From assembly GCA_964427235.1 (NCBI GenBank), contig CAYRTN010000001.1, forward strand, positions 1 to 43,086: a DNA stretch of 43,086 bases, given 5' to 3'. The number at the start of each line of letters is the position of its first letter. Position 1 is the first letter of the stretch. Source of the DNA: an uncultured Chthoniobacter sp. GTDB lineage: Bacteria; Verrucomicrobiota; Verrucomicrobiia; Chthoniobacterales; Terrimicrobiaceae. Shown here one piece after another: positions 39,882 to 43,086 of this stretch. Both the position numbers and the translations under genes were made by a program. The notes under the pieces were generated by a model. It ran no database searches. It was not told the origin of the DNA and saw only the letters and a program-made list of their open reading frames with translations.

Positions 39882-41455
39882 TAAAACCAACTCCCAATGC
39901 TACTTAACCAACTAGAACCACTATTTGAATTATTGCCTTGATTTAACCACCCACTACTCCCGAAGTCATTAGAAGTGCCACCACCAGAACCACCTAATAT
40001 GTTTTTAAATAAATCACCAATACCACCGCCAGTGCTACCGCCACTTTGTCCACCACCTAAGATGTTACCTAAAAGATTTCCTCCAGTAGTGACTAGGCTT
40101 GATACAGGTTTAATATTTGATGTTTGCTTGTATTGCTCTTGTGCAATCTTACCTAAAATATCATTTAACACACCTTGGTTTTGCATACCAATATTAGCTT
40201 GGTTTTGATTTTTACCCATAATGATATTCGCTAAATCGTTGTAGCGATTATCTATAGCACCTGTACCTTGTTCATAGCCAAACTTAATTAAATCGTTATT
40301 TGCGTTTGTACTATTGCTTAAATTAGTCAATGCTTGTTGATTATACGTTCCTGTATTTTGATTGATAGCATTTGTGTATTGATTTTGATTTTGCCCTAAC
40401 GCATTGTATCTATTTTGTGCATTAGCCATTAATCCTTGATTGTAATTATTCGTATTGTTATTGACATTATTAAAATAATCACCTGTGCTTTGATTATTTG
40501 CTGTTGTGTAGTTTTGTTGTGCAGTTGATAGGGCGTTAGCTCTATTTGCACTTGTATTTCCTAATGCTGTACCGTAATTTTGACGCAAGTTACCTTGTGA
40601 ATTGGTTGCATTTAATCCTTGTGCTGATTGCCCTGCCAATTGATTAACATAGCTGTCATAGCCTTGTTGTGCCATGTCTTGGCCATATTTCATAGCCTCT
40701 TTAATTGCACCGCCACCCAATAAAGCACCCCGAGCAGAAGCAGACCTATCAAGTGCATTCAGGCCCTCTTTATATCGAAAGTCATATCCGGGTGTTTTAA
40801 CATAATCCGCAACACGTGTACTAGGATCACCAGTTAAAAATCTATTTAATAACCCCTGTGCATTACTACCGCCTTGTGTATATGGATTATACGCATTTAT
40901 AGCAGGATTCATTTGACTTGATAAATCATTGCGTGAAGCGTCATAACCCTGCTGTGTAATATTATTTTGGGTATTAAAATTGTTTTTATTGTTTGAATTA
41001 ATTTTATTGTATTCTGTTTCGTATCTTGATTCTAAATTATTGGCGTTTGACTGCAATAAATTATTTAAAGTACCGTAAGATTGATTTGATAAATTATTTT
41101 GCGTATTTAAATTATTGGTTAATTGTTTATTTTGCGTATTTAAATTATTTGCATTAATTTGACTTGATTTATCATATTGATTATTGCTTTGTTGGTTTAA
41201 CGCACCTGTGGTTTGTCCAGTCATACGCATTAAATCATCATATTTATTCTTGCTATAGCCTGATGTTGCGTCATAGGCATTATTCATTAAGCCTATAGCG
41301 TTATTGCTTGCTTGCGTATTTTGTGCCATAGCGTCACGGTAACGCTGAATAATATCATCGTAGGCTTTTTTATTCTGAAAATAGTCATAAGCAGATATAC
41401 CAAGATTAGATATATCACTTGCTAAACTAGGGGCAGGAGGTGTTTCATTAGCCAT
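39881..41455 (-). CDS. Asn/Gln-rich internal virion / ejection protein with Gly-rich C-terminus (524 aa)
   Basis: Extreme N/Q content. An 11-residue tandem duplication NNLNTQNKQLT/NNLNTQNNLSN is encoded by an exact 23-nt repeat at 41094..41116 and 41127..41149. C-terminal GNILGGGQSGGSTGGG. Confidence 0.65.
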   Translation of the reverse strand: MANETPPAPSLASDISNLGISAYDYFQNKKAYDDIIQRYRDAMAQNTQASNNAIGLMNNAYDATSGYSKNKYDDLMRMTGQTTGALNQQSNNQYDKSSQINANNLNTQNKQLTNNLNTQNNLSNQSYGTLNNLLQSNANNLESRYETEYNKINSNNKNNFNTQNNITQQGYDASRNDLSSQMNPAINAYNPYTQGGSNAQGLLNRFLTGDPSTRVADYVKTPGYDFRYKEGLNALDRSASARGALLGGGAIKEAMKYGQDMAQQGYDSYVNQLAGQSAQGLNATNSQGNLRQNYGTALGNTSANRANALSTAQQNYTTANNQSTGDYFNNVNNNTNNYNQGLMANAQNRYNALGQNQNQYTNAINQNTGTYNQQALTNLSNSTNANNDLIKFGYEQGTGAIDNRYNDLANIIMGKNQNQANIGMQNQGVLNDILGKIAQEQYKQTSNIKPVSSLVTTGGNLLGNILGGGQSGGSTGGGIGDLFKNILGGSGGGTSNDFGSSGWLNQGNNSNSGSSWLSSIGSWF

Positions 41456-41984
41456 TCATGCCACCGTGTTTTGCTTTTAAATTATTAAGAAGCATATCTG
41501 TTAATTCCTTACGTGGTTTTGATGTAAGCGGAGATTGATTATTGAGTAATGCCATTTTTTGAATTGGTGTATCTTGCATGATATTAACGTTCGGAGATTG
41601 CGGAGCGATAACAGTACCGCCTTGTGCTTGTTGTCCGCCACCGCCTAAGATATTACCTAATATACCACCGCTGCCTTGTCCGCCACCAAACATACTGCCA
41701 ATATTGCCAGCACCATAAGCCATAGCACCGTTTAACCCCTGCTTTAATGCCCCATTAACATTGCCATTGGTAAGATTAACACCTGCCGAACCCATACTGC
41801 CCAATGGTAAGCCAGTTGTTGCCATACCTGCGACATTATAAACGTCAACAAGCCCACCGCCGTTAGGGTCAAAACCTAAAGCATCGTCCATAGTAGCGTT
41901 TGTTATATCTTTATACGCCTTAACATAAGTCTTTGGACTTGTAATTGGAGCTACAACACTTGCTATTTTCTTAAACCAACCCAT
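41448..41984 (-). CDS. Gly-rich small virion protein (178 aa)
   Basis: GGQGSGGILGNILGGGGQQAQGG shares the LGNILGGG motif with the next gene. Confidence 0.6.
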   Translation of the reverse strand: MGWFKKIASVVAPITSPKTYVKAYKDITNATMDDALGFDPNGGGLVDVYNVAGMATTGLPLGSMGSAGVNLTNGNVNGALKQGLNGAMAYGAGNIGSMFGGGQGSGGILGNILGGGGQQAQGGTVIAPQSPNVNIMQDTPIQKMALLNNQSPLTSKPRKELTDMLLNNLKAKHGGMNG

Positions 41985-42385
41985 TAACCTATCCTACGCC
42001 AGTTTGTACCGTCACTCATAATTGTAGCATAGCCATTGCTTGCTAAAACCAACGTTGCTGAACCGTCTATTGTTTCGGTTGAGAATCCGTCAATTGTTAA
42101 ATTATTCGTGCCAATATTTTTGAATTTTATGTATCTCCCAAGGAGATTAACTGCTGTAGGCAAGTTTGCCGTAATTGCCCCTGATGTTGTATCAATCAAA
42201 AGCATTTCATAGTCTTTTGTAACAGTTACAGGACTGCTAGAAAATGTAGTCACAGTATAACTTGGATTATATATTTTATCAAACAATTTTTGCAAAAACA
42301 AAAACCAATAATTTGTGAAATACATTCGATTGTTTTTTAATTCAACAGCTTCAAATCCTATAATTGGGGGTGTATTATTCGTCAT
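41984..42385 (-). CDS. hypothetical virion protein (133 aa) in the gp26-needle position
   Basis: Directly follows the gp10-like hub. Beta-rich and not coiled-coil. Confidence 0.55.
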   Translation of the reverse strand: MTNNTPPIIGFEAVELKNNRMYFTNYWFLFLQKLFDKIYNPSYTVTTFSSSPVTVTKDYEMLLIDTTSGAITANLPTAVNLLGRYIKFKNIGTNNLTIDGFSTETIDGSATLVLASNGYATIMSDGTNWRRIG

Positions 42386-43086
42386 CTTCGACCTCTAAGC
42401 GTATTTTGCAACTTGCAATACTGATAGAAACATCATTAGATACCTCAAATTTATAAATTCTTTTTCTTGAAATACCTAAATTTCTAAATTCAATCTTGCG
42501 TCCGTATTGCGTATTTGTGCCGAGTGATAGACTTCTTTTTGTGCTATAGGTAAAACCACCGTCATCGGAATATGACATTTCTATTATTGGTGTAATATCT
42601 ACCCCCGCCGTTCCTGTGGTTATGACAGGCTGTATCGCATGATGTATAACACGTTTGCCGTCACCTTGAATAACGGTTGTGGTAAATACTCTCTCAATGT
42701 CATCGCCATCATCGGTGGTATTATCTTGATTGATAAAATAAACCTTGTTACCGATTGCACAAATTGTGTTCTTAGTGTTTTCCTCTAAGAACGCATTTTG
42801 AACAAATCGAGGTCTCCAGTATGTATAACCCTCGCTTGTTCTTTTATGCCATTCTAAGGTCTGTAAATTACAACATACTGTAAACCCTGCGTCCTCTACG
42901 GTAATACCATAAAACCATTGTCCATTTTCACGGAATGAAAACCCAATCGCATTAACAGCACTAATATTTTGAAATAATTTATCAATGCTTTCAGTTGATA
43001 TTTTTGTAAAGCTATATCCACTTATTTTATAAACAAGACCGTTTCTTGATAAAAAATAAATCTCATTTAAAATTGCGACAGGCGTT
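42375..43086 (-). CDS. P22 gp10-like tail hub protein, C-terminal part (continues from 1..756; 43032..43086 duplicates 1..55)
   Basis: Open frame from the window end down to the stop at 42375. The C-terminus ...GRKIEFRNLGISRKRIYKFEVSNDVSISIASCKIRLEVEDDE parallels P22 gp10 ...WKRVGRIRRLIGFKLRVITKSPVTLSGCQIRLE. Confidence 0.8.
   Translation of the reverse strand, partial: TPVAILNEIYFLSRNGLVYKISGYSFTKISTESIDKLFQNISAVNAIGFSFRENGQWFYGITVEDAGFTVCCNLQTLEWHKRTSEGYTYWRPRFVQNAFLEENTKNTICAIGNKVYFINQDNTTDDGDDIERVFTTTVIQGDGKRVIHHAIQPVITTGTAGVDITPIIEMSYSDDGGFTYSTKRSLSLGTNTQYGRKIEFRNLGISRKRIYKFEVSNDVSISIASCKIRLEVEDDE
43032..43086. repeat. 55-nt exact terminal direct repeat, copy 2
   Basis: Identical to 1..55. 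Confidence 0.95.

Noticed and set aside
1-43086. Integrase/attP, reverse transcriptase/DGR, DNA polymerase or RNA polymerase
   Set aside because: No ORF in any frame carries the corresponding motifs (R..HxxR..Y, YxDD, or polymerase A/B motifs). Absence is reported rather than forcing a call.

Overview
The window is a complete tailed-phage genome that is circular or circularly permuted. Nt 1..55 are repeated exactly at 43032..43086, and a 470-codon minus-strand gene (P22 gp10-like tail hub) reads in frame across that junction, so the unique length is 43,031 bp. The sequence is AT-rich and tightly packed, with many ATGA/TAATG-coupled genes.

Late operon: about half the genome is one long minus-strand operon, running from 10286 down to 1 and wrapping from 43031 down to about 32087. 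It encodes terS, terL, portal, a GroES-like co-chaperonin, a scaffold-like protein, the major capsid protein with beta-rich accessory proteins, an adaptor and the gp10-like hub. These are followed by Gly/Gln/Asn-rich ejection proteins (one with an SLT lytic transglycosylase domain), LamG-like and SGNH-esterase tail proteins, and a lysis cassette with an M15 endolysin. No tail tube, sheath or tape measure is present, which indicates a podovirus with a P22-like virion plan.

Early/accessory half (10350..31560): this is a mosaic of about nine short transcription units of alternating orientation. They are bounded by near-consensus sigma70 promoters carrying operator-like inverted repeats and by hairpin terminators. 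Contents:
- A replication unit (HTH, SF2 helicase, VRR-NUC, Toprim primase / SF3 helicase) abutting an iteron origin.
- A recombination unit (PD-(D/E)XK exonuclease, RecT, SSB).
- A trio of GcrA-like/HTH paralogues upstream of a beta-class DNA methyltransferase.
- Many micro, membrane and lipoproteins.

No integrase, DNA polymerase, tRNA, reverse transcriptase or CRISPR array was seen.

Best candidates for new biology, all small insulated cassettes:
- A terminator-flanked DUF2829 (Tad2-like) gene beside a promoter-operator-69aa-RHH mini-operon (31143..32071).
- An acr-aca-like operon (10350..11171).
- A Cro-like / short DUF262 / Cys-rich / TM-peptide cassette (22954..24236).
- An XRE / 169 aa / 75 aa cassette (19569..20532).

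All functional calls come from motif recognition by eye. No database or structure search was run.
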